A stretch of 64,000 nucleotides of DNA from NCBI GenBank assembly GCA_047286215.1, contig JBJBBS010000001.1:1105170-1169169 (forward strand), written 5' to 3'. The translations under genes and the position numbers were made by a program. The stretch is from Synechococcus sp. (GTDB lineage: Bacteria; Cyanobacteriota; Cyanobacteriia; PCC-6307; Cyanobiaceae). Shown in pieces: positions 42,796 to 53,534 of the stretch. The first letter of the stretch is position 1, and each line of letters begins with the position of its first letter. The notes beneath the pieces were generated by a model. The model did not search any database and was not told the DNA's origin. It was given only the letters and a program-made list of their open reading frames with translations.

Positions 42796-44211
42796 CTAGT
42801 CGTGAGCCTGGATCATGGCCTTTTTGGCCGCTTGAATACCCGCCTCGATGGCCCCTTCGAAATAACCGGGCCACCGACTCGAGGCTTCCGTCCCGGCCCA
42901 ATGCACCCGGCCGTGGGATTGCTGCCATTGCCGGCCGTAGGTGGTCCAGGCGCCGGGTGTTACGAAGCTGGTGAAGGCTCCGGTGGACCATGCCTCCTGG
43001 TTCCAGTTGTGGATGATCAGTTCTTCGGGGGATCTGGCTTCGGGTCCCCAATAGGCCACAAGATCGTCGAGAACAGCCTTGTGTTGATTGGCTGGTGTCA
43101 TCTGCTGGAATTCGACAGCTGCACTGGCGCTCACGAAGGCGGCGAGGATTCCGGGAGTGCCACTCGGTAGCGAACTATCGGCGGTGAGATTCAGTGTTTT
43201 CAGGTTGCCGATAGCGAACCCATTGAGGTTTTGGCCTCGCCAGAAGGCCGATTTGTAGATCGCGAAGACCTTGATCATCGAACCCATTGGACTGCGCTGG
43301 AGGAATGCGCGCATCTCAGCGGGAAGGTCTGGTGTGAAGGTGATCTTGTTCCGCAATGGCGGCGGGATCGCGACGATGGCGCTTTTCGCCTGAATCTGTT
43401 GGCGACCGCCGAAATGCACGGTCACGCCCACCTCGTTCTGATCAATTCCATGGACGGGTGCGTTCAGATGAATGAAGGTTTTCAACTCCTTCGTCAGTTG
43501 TTCGGCCACTTGGCCTGCGGCTCCATTCAGTAGCCATGATTCCGGCCCTTCGTCCTGTGGGGCTACCGCTTGCGTCCAAGCCAAGTGAAGGATCGATGCG
43601 TCCCAGGGGTCAAAGCCGCCTGATCCACCAACAACTGAGATCCATTCCAGTTCGAAATCGCTGAGGCGGGATTCGCTGTTCTTGTCGCACCAGGCGCGAA
43701 TCGTTGTGCGGTCCAGCTCTACAGCATCGGGCGCCGTCCAGGGGCGAGCAGGATCGATGGAAGCTGCAAGGGCACGGAACGCCTGCATCGCCGCCTTTGC
43801 CTTGGTGATCTGGTCCGTTGGCTGTCCAATCTGTTCACCTTCAAAGAAGAGAACCTTCTCGGAGGCTTGTTTGGCCAGGTCGGCTTCGACTCTCTTGCCA
43901 TCCCACAACAGCACGCCCTTGCCGTCGTAATAACTGGGGAAGGTTTTGATGTTGAGTTCATCGACGAGGGCTTGAAAGCGGTGATGGGTGGCGCCTCCCC
44001 ATTGGCCTCCAAGATCAATCACGGCACCGGTTTTGGTGGTTTGACGGATCATGCGTCCACCTGTGGTTGCCCTTGCCTCAAGAATGTGAACGCGTCGGCC
44101 TTTTTTGTGGAGCTCTCGAGCAGCAATCAGACCGGATAGACCTGCGCCCACGATCACAACATCCACGTCTTCGTGGTCTGACGCCGCGTGACTTCTGCTC
44201 TGAAGAACCAT
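42796..44211 (-). CDS. Flavin monoamine oxidase family protein
   Basis: 'GAGLSGL', 'GGRM', 'DLGGQW', 'WAGTE', 'GYFEGAIEAG'. Confidence 0.9.
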   Translation of the reverse strand: MVLQSRSHAASDHEDVDVVIVGAGLSGLIAARELHKKGRRVHILEARATTGGRMIRQTTKTGAVIDLGGQWGGATHHRFQALVDELNIKTFPSYYDGKGVLLWDGKRVEADLAKQASEKVLFFEGEQIGQPTDQITKAKAAMQAFRALAASIDPARPWTAPDAVELDRTTIRAWCDKNSESRLSDFELEWISVVGGSGGFDPWDASILHLAWTQAVAPQDEGPESWLLNGAAGQVAEQLTKELKTFIHLNAPVHGIDQNEVGVTVHFGGRQQIQAKSAIVAIPPPLRNKITFTPDLPAEMRAFLQRSPMGSMIKVFAIYKSAFWRGQNLNGFAIGNLKTLNLTADSSLPSGTPGILAAFVSASAAVEFQQMTPANQHKAVLDDLVAYWGPEARSPEELIIHNWNQEAWSTGAFTSFVTPGAWTTYGRQWQQSHGRVHWAGTEASSRWPGYFEGAIEAGIQAAKKAMIQAHD

Positions 44212-44995
44212 GGCGCCAAGGCCTGCAAAGATTATTTCTCTGACGTTATTCGATCTCTTGCTTTTTGAAATCTTATTCGTTTATGTTGTTGTTTTTATTG
44301 CGACGATTCAATCACTGAGGCCTGGATATTTTGTGCGCCCTGAAGAATAGTTCTGATCTCGTGCGCTCTTGATTGAAGCGGTTGACTTTGGCGCTTGGTT
44401 TTGATGTGGCGATGGTGTCCGTCTCTCTACTGTCGGTGGCTGCTGGCGATTATTCCAGGGTCACTTAAAGGGGATTGAGCGCCAGCATGAGCCCCTGGTC
44501 CGCTCCACGGCCAGGCAGAAGTTCGGTCTGCAATCACCCCGTGACCTCAACGATCTCCACAAGCATGAGGGGATGCTGACTGCCACAGACGAACGGCTTA
44601 TGCCTCGATTGATGTTGTGACTCTTTTGCCACTGATCATCCCTCGCCATGGTGGCCGCTGCTGCCACTTAGCTATGAGATGCATGAACAGGTCTGGAGGG
44701 CTTGTCCCTGAGTTGTCCTTGGGATGTTGTGCGATTGGGCAGGAGGATGTGAAATTTCTAGCTAGCTATCAGCTCAGCGCAATGTTGAGATACAACTGAA
44801 CCCCAGCATTGCCTTCAACTGTTGATTTTTGAGGACGCCAAGAGCAGAGGTTTTGAGACCTGAGGTCATCAGCCTTGAAGGACTGGATCTTGAACGGAGC
44901 AATGTTGATGGCTCAAGACTGCTCATCAAGTTTCAGGAGAATCCGTCAAGCCAGCTGAGCGGGGCTTTCACAATGGATGACAGCGTCGTTTCTGA

Positions 44996-46165
44996 ATGGA
45001 CCCTTCCAAATCCTTAAGTGATCAGCTGCGCCGGTGGTTGCAAGCTGAGCTGATTGATGCCGATGTGGCCGAAGCGATTCAGCGATGGGAAGACTCCCAG
45101 CTCAATCAGTCAAAGCATTCATCGGTGCGTCATTTGGCCGTGCCCATCCGCCTGTCGATTTTGCTTGGTTCACTGCTGTTAGCTGCTGGCTTACTGCTTT
45201 TCGTCTCAGCTCACTGGGATCAGATGCCACCGTTGTGGCGGGTGAACCTGCTTCTGTTCATCGTGATCGGTTTGCACGCTGGCGGTGCTTGGTTTGCTGA
45301 ACGTTTTCAGCTGATGGCAGTTGGCTTGCACGCCGTTGGCACGGTGGCTTTGGGTGGGGGAGTGTTTCTCTGTGCTCAGATTTTCCACCTCGATGTCCTC
45401 TGGTCGTTTCGTTGGGGACTACTGCTCTGGTCCTTTGGAGCCGCAGCGGGGTGGATGTTCTTGCGGCAGTGGCCCCAATTGGCCTTGCTTTCACTGCTTC
45501 TGCCTGGATGGATCACCGCACTGATCGTGTTCCAAGTGGATCGGTTTTCGAGTTCTGAAGCGGATTGGGTCGTCGTTCCAATTGCTGCTGGTGCACTTCT
45601 GACTGCTTTGACTTACTTCACAGCACCTGATCGAACGCCATTGACCCCTGCTCGCTCGGTGTTGATGTGGATTGGAGGTCTTGCTCTGGTGCCAGCAGCT
45701 GTGACTTGGGCTGTGGTGGCGACCGGTCTGGATTTGCCTGCTTTTGGCCAGCCGCTTTGGTTGTCATTGCTGGTCTGGGTCGTGACGCTGGGTGGGCCGG
45801 TCATCCTTGGTTGGTGGCTGCGACCCCATCGCTTTTGGCCTCTGGCCCTTGCCGCGATCTGGATGGTCCTCGATCTTGTGATCCAGGCTCCAGGATTTAG
45901 TGCGCTGAGTTTTACTTGGTGGGCGGTCGGGTCTGCGGGCCTGATGCTTTGGGGAAGTACTGAAGCCCGAGCAGAGCGGGTCAACATCGGCACCGTTTTG
46001 CTCGCAACCACGCTGATTGGCTTCTATTTCACCGAGGTGATGGGTCGTTTAGATCGCTCCATTTCCCTTTTGGGTCTTGGCTTGTTTTTTTTGGTTGGTG
46101 GATGGGGCTTAAACAGATTGCGACAAGCTCTGCTTCCCAATCTTCCACCTAATCCTCCGTCATAG
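44996..46165 (+). CDS. DUF2157 domain membrane protein
   Basis: 'WLQAELID', 'LFVSAHWDQM', 'AQIFHL', many TMs. Confidence 0.85.
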   Translation: MDPSKSLSDQLRRWLQAELIDADVAEAIQRWEDSQLNQSKHSSVRHLAVPIRLSILLGSLLLAAGLLLFVSAHWDQMPPLWRVNLLLFIVIGLHAGGAWFAERFQLMAVGLHAVGTVALGGGVFLCAQIFHLDVLWSFRWGLLLWSFGAAAGWMFLRQWPQLALLSLLLPGWITALIVFQVDRFSSSEADWVVVPIAAGALLTALTYFTAPDRTPLTPARSVLMWIGGLALVPAAVTWAVVATGLDLPAFGQPLWLSLLVWVVTLGGPVILGWWLRPHRFWPLALAAIWMVLDLVIQAPGFSALSFTWWAVGSAGLMLWGSTEARAERVNIGTVLLATTLIGFYFTEVMGRLDRSISLLGLGLFFLVGGWGLNRLRQALLPNLPPNPPS

Positions 46166-46170
46166 ATGTC

Positions 46171-46710
46171 ATGAAGAGTCGAGTTCGATGGAGACCAGGT
46201 CTTCTACTTGCTGGTGTTCAAGCCGCCTTGATGCTTTCAACTGGGTTGCTGTTTTGGTTTGATCGTCAGATCAGTCCTCGCGCCTGGGTGCCAACGGCAC
46301 CAGTTGATCCAAGCCTGCCGATTCGAGGGCGTTACATCACCTTGAATATGGCGGTGCCGTTTGTTCCCACTAGCACGGACATTTCTACTATTGATCTGGT
46401 TGGAACTTGGCAATATGTGCAGCTTCGCGTTGAGGCGGATCGGCTTCAGGCTGTGCAGAAGGTTGGAGCACAATTCAACAATCATGGCGGAGTCATCCGG
46501 CTGAGTGAGGGATCGCTTGTGGTTAATCCTGGGCCAGAATTAGCCTTTTTTATTCCACCCGATGTGAAGGATCCGTCCATTCGACCGGATGGCAGCACCC
46601 TTTGGGTTGAGGTGACACTCCCCGGTTTAGGAGCACCAAGGCCGATTCAGCTCGGTATCGAGAAGGATGGTCAGATCGAACCCTTAGCATTGCGCTCAAG
46701 CATGGACTGA
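46171..46710 (+). CDS. GDYXXLXY-family protein
   Basis: 'APVDP.LPIRGRYITLN'; usual partner of DUF2157. Confidence 0.75.
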   Translation: MKSRVRWRPGLLLAGVQAALMLSTGLLFWFDRQISPRAWVPTAPVDPSLPIRGRYITLNMAVPFVPTSTDISTIDLVGTWQYVQLRVEADRLQAVQKVGAQFNNHGGVIRLSEGSLVVNPGPELAFFIPPDVKDPSIRPDGSTLWVEVTLPGLGAPRPIQLGIEKDGQIEPLALRSSMD

Positions 46711-46920
46711 TGGAACATCGCGACTCCTTGCCTTTTGAAGAGCGGCGTGATCAACGCTGGACATGGCGGCCCCTGCTGCCAATCTCGAGTCTCTAATTGC
46801 GGTGATCGGATCACATTTTGATGAATTTATTCCGGCAGAAACAGTCAGGCAAAATGTTTCTAATCTGTAGCTGTTGACTAAGTTCCTTCGAACATCTTTT
46901 GCGTCATTAGAAAATCTCAT

Positions 46921-49035
46921 TCATATCAATGACAGTTGCTCCAGAGTTTTGATTCCAACGAGTAGCATGATTTGATCGCCAGATGAATCTGTGAACATCA
47001 AGCCGTTGTCAACATTTGTCCAGCTTCCGCTTTGCACCATTGAAAGATCAATCCTGTCTTCGCCAATGGTGTAGTCCTGAATCTGCGCATATCCATCGCC
47101 TGCAACACCCCGGAAAGTATCAACACCTAGATCTCCCCAGACATCGCCTTGGCTGACTGCCAAGACATCATTATCCTTGCCTCCCCTGTAGGTGACGCCG
47201 GCAACAACTCCAGTAATGAAGTCGTGGCCGTTGTTTCCATTGACCCGACTTCCAGTAGTGGCACCAAGGACTTCAATCGAATCATTGTCGTCACCGCCAA
47301 GTGCTTTGCTCAATCCTGCATTCAGGGTAATTTTGTCCCGTCCTTTATTGCCATTGATGTAGTTGTTGGATGCTCCGATAACGGTGAAAGTATCGTCTCC
47401 TGCCCCGCCTTGATATGTTCCTTGGCCAGCTTTTAAAACTATTTGATCAGATCCACCATTGCCATTGGCAAAATTATTGACACCACCTACGATCTCAATG
47501 TAATCATTCCCTCCCATCATCCGGAGTCTTACATCTTTTTGGTTGAACACCGAATCAGTTGTATTGCCATATTCAATAATTCCGTCTTTGACTGTAAAGG
47601 AGTTCTCAGATGTTGTGGTGGGGCTGGGAGCAGGTGCAGGGCTGGGCGTTGGTGCAGGAATATTGGAGACGGTGATTGCATTGCCGCTGCTGTCGGCTGG
47701 AGAGGATCCTCTGCCTGGATTCCAGTTCAGAGCAGCAGCGATGTTGTAAGTAGTGCCATCGCTGGAGGAGGTGCCATTGTTATTCAGTAGGTCGGCAAGT
47801 TGTAGTTGATCGGTGGCGTTAAGGGTGATGGAGAAGGTGGTTGCTGAGGTGAGTTCAACGTCACCGCTGGTGAGGGTGTAGGTGTTGCTGCCTTCTCCGG
47901 TGATGGTGAGTTTGGAAACGTCGATATCGTTGTCAGTGCCTGAATTGGCGACGAGATCGGCGCCGGTGACTGCGAGGGCTCCGGAGGAGGCGTTGTAGGT
48001 GGCCGATGTCAGTATCGTTGTTGCCCCTCCCCCCCCGAAGTTGAAAGGGTTGCCCGAAGCATCGGTCCGCGATATGTATTCCTCCTCCTCCCAGTCTCCA
48101 GAGTTGAAATTGTTCAGCCGGATTGATCCCACTGACGCGACTGTGATCAGCGCATCATCCCCGACCTGGGAGATCAAGTAGTTCTGCCAAACTTCGATGC
48201 CGACGGTATCGCCTGATGGTATTGAGAAGTCGGTGACCTGGTCATCGCCGCCACCGAGCTGAAATTGATCGGCGCCGGCACCACCGGTGAGGGTGTCGTT
48301 TCCATCGCCGCCGATCAGGAGGTTTGCACCGCTGTTGCCGATGAGCGTGTTATCGAGGGCATTGCCAGTGGCATCGATGTTGTCAGAACCCGTCAGGGTG
48401 ATTTTGACAACGCCGTCGCTGGCGATGTAACTAACGGAGCTTGTGATTGATGAGGCTTCTATTTTTATTCTCTGCCCTGAAATATAAAGTTCTGAATGAT
48501 CATTTTGGTTGAGTTCTTGTAGGTTGACTGCTCGGTTTTGAACCAATGCCGAGAAGATGGCGCCTTCGTCACCGGTTGTGTCATTGCCCTGATTCAGTCT
48601 GTGATCAATGGCATGGCCTAATTCCTCGAGCAGAACGGCTTGGATTGCATCGGCGTTTGCCGTTGCTAACCAGTCTTGATTGATATAAATGCGTTCATTG
48701 CCATCTGGTGCAACCGGGGCATAGGCGCCAGATAGGCCAGCCATGGCCTGCCCGTTGAGGATCTCAATCGTGATGCCGCTGAGATCAAGTGGTGCTGAGC
48801 GGCCAAAGACTTTCTGCAGCAGTTGGTTCCATTCAGCCGGATTGTTCTGCCATCTCAACAGCAGCTTGTCGGTGGCGTGTCGTGCAGCTATGAACTCTTC
48901 TGATAATGCCGCAGCAGAAGAAGTGATCTCATCAAGGCAGAACAGTGCCATTGTGGATGAAAGTTGGATCGACTCCACAACAGAAGGCGCCGGCTTAAGC
49001 CAACTAAGCTGAATATTTTGCATGCAGTAGCGCAC
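46921..49035 (-). CDS. RTX/hemolysin-type Ca-binding repeat protein (mosaic)
   Basis: Multiple GGxGxD/N nonapeptides, 'LEELGHAID' N-domain, Thr/Ser-rich module, Pro linker, C-terminal 'DYTIGEDRIDL'. Confidence 0.85.
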   Translation of the reverse strand: MRYCMQNIQLSWLKPAPSVVESIQLSSTMALFCLDEITSSAAALSEEFIAARHATDKLLLRWQNNPAEWNQLLQKVFGRSAPLDLSGITIEILNGQAMAGLSGAYAPVAPDGNERIYINQDWLATANADAIQAVLLEELGHAIDHRLNQGNDTTGDEGAIFSALVQNRAVNLQELNQNDHSELYISGQRIKIEASSITSSVSYIASDGVVKITLTGSDNIDATGNALDNTLIGNSGANLLIGGDGNDTLTGGAGADQFQLGGGDDQVTDFSIPSGDTVGIEVWQNYLISQVGDDALITVASVGSIRLNNFNSGDWEEEEYISRTDASGNPFNFGGGGATTILTSATYNASSGALAVTGADLVANSGTDNDIDVSKLTITGEGSNTYTLTSGDVELTSATTFSITLNATDQLQLADLLNNNGTSSSDGTTYNIAAALNWNPGRGSSPADSSGNAITVSNIPAPTPSPAPAPSPTTTSENSFTVKDGIIEYGNTTDSVFNQKDVRLRMMGGNDYIEIVGGVNNFANGNGGSDQIVLKAGQGTYQGGAGDDTFTVIGASNNYINGNKGRDKITLNAGLSKALGGDDNDSIEVLGATTGSRVNGNNGHDFITGVVAGVTYRGGKDNDVLAVSQGDVWGDLGVDTFRGVAGDGYAQIQDYTIGEDRIDLSMVQSGSWTNVDNGLMFTDSSGDQIMLLVGIKTLEQLSLI

Positions 49036-49501
49036 TCGATCCGTAGTGAGTGATACGTTTTGGGGTTAACGCGTTGCTTGGATAGATTGGTAATTGTGTA
49101 GAATTTGGGTGCTTTGCTTGTTGATGGTTTTCCATCATTTCAGTCGACTTTTAGTGATTTTCTGAATACCGTATTGAGGGCCTTTTGTTTGAGAGATTTG
49201 CGTTGGCTTGTCAATGTTTCTGTTCTGTCCCTCGCCTATTTCATTGTTAATGAACTGAAGGCCTCATGGCTTTCCTTGGAAGATCTTGGCTAGTTACACA
49301 TGCAGCGATGTGCCGGGCTGGGTATAGGTGTCTCTGATGTAGGGATGCCGTTTGCTGCGTTGTTTTTATCCCTTCTGGGAAGCGAGTGGTCAGGTCGTCG
49401 CTGAGTGCATCCTGGCTGTGGTGGCGTGTGATGCTTTTTTTCGTCCGGGGTGTCTGGATCGCTCCTGGCCTGACCCACTCCTCTGCAGAATCAGTGCATT
49501 G

Positions 49502-50686
49502 ATGGGGAGTGTGGTGGCTGGAGCTGGTGTGAATCCTGCTGATCAGCGCTGGGGTTTTTGGCCGCTGCTGCCGCTGTATCCCTACGGCCGTCGTGCCACT
49601 CACGTTGAAGAGTTGATTCCCGGACAGGTCTGGAGCTTTGAGCAGCTTCAGGGGGTGTATTACGTCGCCGTTCCGATTCGGCTCACGGTGGTGAAGGTGC
49701 CAGGCGGCTTGATGCTGGTGAATCCATTGCCGCCCACGCGGGAGCTTCGTGCCGGCATTGCTGCTCTGGAAGCTGAACACGGACCGGTGCGCACGATCGT
49801 GCTCCCCACCGCTTCGGGCTTGGAGCACAAGCTTCCCCTTGGTCCCCTGGCCCGCGCTTTCCCGGATGCGGAGGTGTGGGTGTGCCCAGGGCAGTGGAGT
49901 TTCCCGGTGCAGCTGCCCCTGTCATGGCTTGGTGTGCCGGCGCGTCGCACCAAGGTGTTGCTCGACGATGGCGTTCCCCACGGCGACATCTGCCACTGGA
50001 TCTCCCTTGGGCCTCTTGATCTCGGGGTCGGTCGCTTCCAGGAGATCAGCTGTCTGCATTGTCCCTCGGGTGCCCTGCTTGTGACCGATGCCCTGGTGGG
50101 CATCGCCGCCGAACCTCCCGCTGTGTTTGATGCCGATCCAGCTCCCTTGCTGTTTCATGCCCGTGAGCGCGGTGATCAACCGTTTGACGACACTCCGTCC
50201 AACAGGCGGCGTGGCTGGGCCCGCTTGGTGCTGTTCGCTTCTTACCTGCGGCCGGAACCACTCGAGGTTCCTGGGATTGTCGATGTGATCCGCCAGGCGT
50301 TCAAGCCTGGATTGCGTTCAGCACGGGCCCATTTTGGTCTGTATCCCTTTGCCTGGATGCCGGGCTGGCAGGACGCAGCCGCCGCTCTGATCGGCGATTA
50401 CAGCCCCAAACTGCAGGTGGCACCTGTGCTGGAACGGCTTGTGTTGCCGCGTGCCCGCGAGTCCCTTTTGGAGTGGCTGCTGGAGCTCGAGCAACAGCTG
50501 GATCTGCGTTGGCTTGTGCCAGCCCATTACTCCGCTCCACTTGCATTCACGCCCCAAGTGGTGTTCGAACTTCGCCAACAGATCGAGTCAAGAGCCTGGG
50601 CTCCTAGCGATGGCAATTGGGAATTCCTGGGGGGGATCGATCAAAAACTGCTGGATCTCGGTGTGGTTCCTCAGAATCCCCGCTAG
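49502..50686 (+). CDS. DUF4336 domain protein
   Basis: 'WPLLPLYPYGRR', 'LEHKLP', 'VPAHY'; start trimmed. Confidence 0.88.
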   Translation: MGSVVAGAGVNPADQRWGFWPLLPLYPYGRRATHVEELIPGQVWSFEQLQGVYYVAVPIRLTVVKVPGGLMLVNPLPPTRELRAGIAALEAEHGPVRTIVLPTASGLEHKLPLGPLARAFPDAEVWVCPGQWSFPVQLPLSWLGVPARRTKVLLDDGVPHGDICHWISLGPLDLGVGRFQEISCLHCPSGALLVTDALVGIAAEPPAVFDADPAPLLFHARERGDQPFDDTPSNRRRGWARLVLFASYLRPEPLEVPGIVDVIRQAFKPGLRSARAHFGLYPFAWMPGWQDAAAALIGDYSPKLQVAPVLERLVLPRARESLLEWLLELEQQLDLRWLVPAHYSAPLAFTPQVVFELRQQIESRAWAPSDGNWEFLGGIDQKLLDLGVVPQNPR

Positions 50687-50710
50687 CCGAGATCAGCGAT
50701 CAAACTTCAT

Positions 50711-51058
50711 TCAGAGCTTGATGTCGTCATCGATGGCCATTTCGTCATCACCGAAGAGTGTTTCCTCCAGCTCTTTGCGCTGTTCCATCTGGCGGAGGAA
50801 GTAACCAGTCATCATCGCTGAAGCCAGCATGTTGGCGAGGTTGTCGCGATTGGCCGTGACTTTCACCTCAAACTGTTCGCCGGGGAGCATTCCAAGCAAG
50901 CCCTGAACGTTGTGGCGAATGATGTCTTGGATGTCGTTGCTGGCCGACTTAGCAACCCGTTGCAGCACATCAGGAGATTGATCCTGGAGATATTGAATGA
51001 GGCCATTCACGGGCTGGCCGTCTTGGCTATCGGTGGTCAAAAACTCAGGGTTGAACAT
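50711..51058 (-). CDS. DUF760 domain protein
   Basis: 'YLQDQSPD', 'LASAMMTGYFLRQMEQR'. Confidence 0.92.
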   Translation of the reverse strand: MFNPEFLTTDSQDGQPVNGLIQYLQDQSPDVLQRVAKSASNDIQDIIRHNVQGLLGMLPGEQFEVKVTANRDNLANMLASAMMTGYFLRQMEQRKELEETLFGDDEMAIDDDIKL

Positions 51059-51070
51059 CCCACCGCTCCG

Positions 51071-51688
51071 TCATGTGAGTGACCTTATCGCAGCTGTGCT
51101 CATCGTCACAGTTGATGACGGTTGGGAGAACCGTATTGGACCGAATCGTCTGAGGGGCCAGTAACGCCATACCGCTGTGCCGATCACATCGGCTTCAGGC
51201 AGTGGGCCCCAGAGATGTGAATCCAGGCTGGCGTTGCGGTTGTCACCCATCACCCACAGCTCACCTTCGGGAACTTCAACCAGTTCCATGGCGTAATCGA
51301 TGCTTTCAGCGATCCACGGTTCTTGGACGGTTTCCCCGTTCCGGATCAGCTTCCCGGCTTTCACTTCAAGTTGATCCCCCGGATGCCCCACTACACGCTT
51401 GATCAGTGCAGCGTCAGGGTCGTAGCCCGCTTGCACCAATGGTTCTGGGACGCGAAACACCACGATGCTGTTGAGAGGCAAGGGCCGATGACGCTGGCGA
51501 TCGAGGCGTGGCCGCACTTTTTCCACCAGGATCCTGTCCTGCAGTTGCAAGGTCGGCAGCATCGAGCCGGAAGGAATCCAGCGCGGTTCAATCACCTGCC
51601 AGCGAAGAAGCAGGGCCAGCAGCACCCAGACCAGCAAGGATCGCCAGCCACCGCGGCGTTGCTTGGATTCGGCGGACTGATCGCTCAT
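51071..51688 (-). CDS. lepB: Signal peptidase I
   Basis: 'IPSGSMLPTL', 'IKRVVG', 'MGDNRNASLDSH'. Confidence 0.95.
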   Translation of the reverse strand: MSDQSAESKQRRGGWRSLLVWVLLALLLRWQVIEPRWIPSGSMLPTLQLQDRILVEKVRPRLDRQRHRPLPLNSIVVFRVPEPLVQAGYDPDAALIKRVVGHPGDQLEVKAGKLIRNGETVQEPWIAESIDYAMELVEVPEGELWVMGDNRNASLDSHLWGPLPEADVIGTAVWRYWPLRRFGPIRFSQPSSTVTMSTAAIRSLT

Positions 51689-51744
51689 CAACTGTCTTGG
51701 TTGGGCAAGGTGGTGGTGCCTGATCGAGGATCGCATCAGCAGCG

Positions 51745-53520
51745 ATGTCTGGCCTGAGCCTCGCCACCGACAACCTGATGGCAGCCATCCGGCTGTTGCT
51801 GCACCTTCAGCAGCTTGGCCTTCAACACGTGGTGCTGTGTCCTGGCAGCCGTTCGGCACCGCTGGCTCTGGCGGTAGGTGGACTGACGCAGCGTGGCGTG
51901 CTTGATCTCGTCACGGCCATTGATGAGCGTTCAGCAGGTTTTCACGCTCTAGGAGTAGCGGCAGCCTCTGGCCGGCCTGTTGCAGTGATCACCACCTCCG
52001 GCACGGCGGTGGCCAATCTGCTTCCTGCTGCAGTGGAGGCCGATCGTTCTGGCATTCCCCTGCTGTTTCTGACCGGCGATCGTCCGAGGCGTCTCAAGAA
52101 CTGCGGCGCCAATCAGACGGTGAATCAGGAGGACTTTCTCACCAGTGCTTGTCGTTGGCTGGCCAGTGGTCCTGCGGAGGGATTGCATGGTCTGCCGGCT
52201 GAGGCACTGGCATCACTCGTGGCTGAGGCCTGGGAGCGAACACTGCAGCCTCCAGGCCCCGTGCATCTCAATCTGCCCTTCGAGGAGCCGCTGCATCCCT
52301 CTGCTGAGCAGCAGGAACAACTCTGGTCGGGCATCTCGATGCCCAGTGATGCCAGCGCTCCTTTGTCACGTCCAGCCGTTATCCCATCGCTGTCTGACGG
52401 TGGGGGAACCCCCGATTGGTCCCGCCCAGGCGTTGTTGTGGCCGGTCCATGGCGGGGGCTCCCTGCGGATCTGCCCGCTTACCAGCAGGCTCTGCAACAC
52501 CTGGTGGAACGCAGTGGCTGGCCGCTCTTGGCTGATCCACTGGCGGCAGTCCCCGACCAGCTCTCCGGTTTGATCCGCCACTGGGATCTGCTTCTGCCCT
52601 CTGGCCTCAGTGGCAATGTCGATCCACTTCAGGTTCTGCGCTTGGGGCCTCTCCCGGCCAGCCGTCGGCTTGAGGCCTGGCTGAGTCAGCAGGGGTCTGG
52701 TCAGTGGCTGATCACAGAAGGTGACTTCCGTTGCCTCGATCCACTCGGACTGAGTGCGCAGAACAGCCATGGGTTGTCGCGTTGGTGGCAGGCGATCAGT
52801 GCCCATGCACGCTTTGAACCCCAGAGCACTGCCGATCTGCTTCGCCGTTGGCAGCGGGCGGATCATCGGGTTCACACCGCCCTGCAAGCGCTTCTCCCAG
52901 GGGCTGGAGCTGTCACTGAGCCAGCCCTGATGACGGCTCTGCCTGCTTGGCTGCCGAAGCGGCTGCCGGTGATGCTCTCGGCAAGCAGCCCTGTGCGGGA
53001 TTGGCAGGCATTCGCTGCTGCCGACATTGGTGCACGGCGCTGCTACAGCTTTCGCGGTGCTTCGGGCATCGATGGCACGTTGTCACTGGCGCTTGGGTTG
53101 GCGAGAGTGTTGGGTCCAACCCTTTTAATAACTGGAGATTTAGCCCTCCAGCACGACAGCAACGGCTGGTTGCTGGCTAATGCTTCTGTGTTGCCACTGG
53201 TGGTGCTGCTGATCGACAACGGAGGTGGCGGCATCTTTGGTCAGCTGCCGATCCCAGCGGCATCGCCTGCTGCGTTTGATCAACTCTTCGCCATGCCGCA
53301 GCGGTGCGATCCGCTTGCTCTCGCCGCAGCCCACGGTGTGCCTGGTCGGCAGATCAGCTGTTTTGAAGATCTCCCAGCAGCCCTCGAGTGGGGCTTGGCT
53401 CAGCAATCCACCGTGTTGCTGAGGGTCTGCACCAACCGCGTCGACGATGCCGAGCTTCGTCGCCATTGGCGTGATGCGCTCATCAACGCATCAGCACGGG
53501 GCGGTACAACGGATGGCTGA
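51745..53520 (+). CDS. menD: SEPHCHC synthase
   Basis: 'CPGSRSAPL', 'DERSAGF', 'TSGTAVAN', 'RGASGIDG', 'GDLA..HD.NG'. Confidence 0.96.
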   Translation: MSGLSLATDNLMAAIRLLLHLQQLGLQHVVLCPGSRSAPLALAVGGLTQRGVLDLVTAIDERSAGFHALGVAAASGRPVAVITTSGTAVANLLPAAVEADRSGIPLLFLTGDRPRRLKNCGANQTVNQEDFLTSACRWLASGPAEGLHGLPAEALASLVAEAWERTLQPPGPVHLNLPFEEPLHPSAEQQEQLWSGISMPSDASAPLSRPAVIPSLSDGGGTPDWSRPGVVVAGPWRGLPADLPAYQQALQHLVERSGWPLLADPLAAVPDQLSGLIRHWDLLLPSGLSGNVDPLQVLRLGPLPASRRLEAWLSQQGSGQWLITEGDFRCLDPLGLSAQNSHGLSRWWQAISAHARFEPQSTADLLRRWQRADHRVHTALQALLPGAGAVTEPALMTALPAWLPKRLPVMLSASSPVRDWQAFAAADIGARRCYSFRGASGIDGTLSLALGLARVLGPTLLITGDLALQHDSNGWLLANASVLPLVVLLIDNGGGGIFGQLPIPAASPAAFDQLFAMPQRCDPLALAAAHGVPGRQISCFEDLPAALEWGLAQQSTVLLRVCTNRVDDAELRRHWRDALINASARGGTTDG

Positions 53521-53534
53521 TCGACGTCCTCGTC

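Noticed and set aside
42538-43170. ORFs 42538-42780 (minus) and 42748-43170 (plus)
   Set aside because: No motifs; the second is antisense to the amine oxidase.
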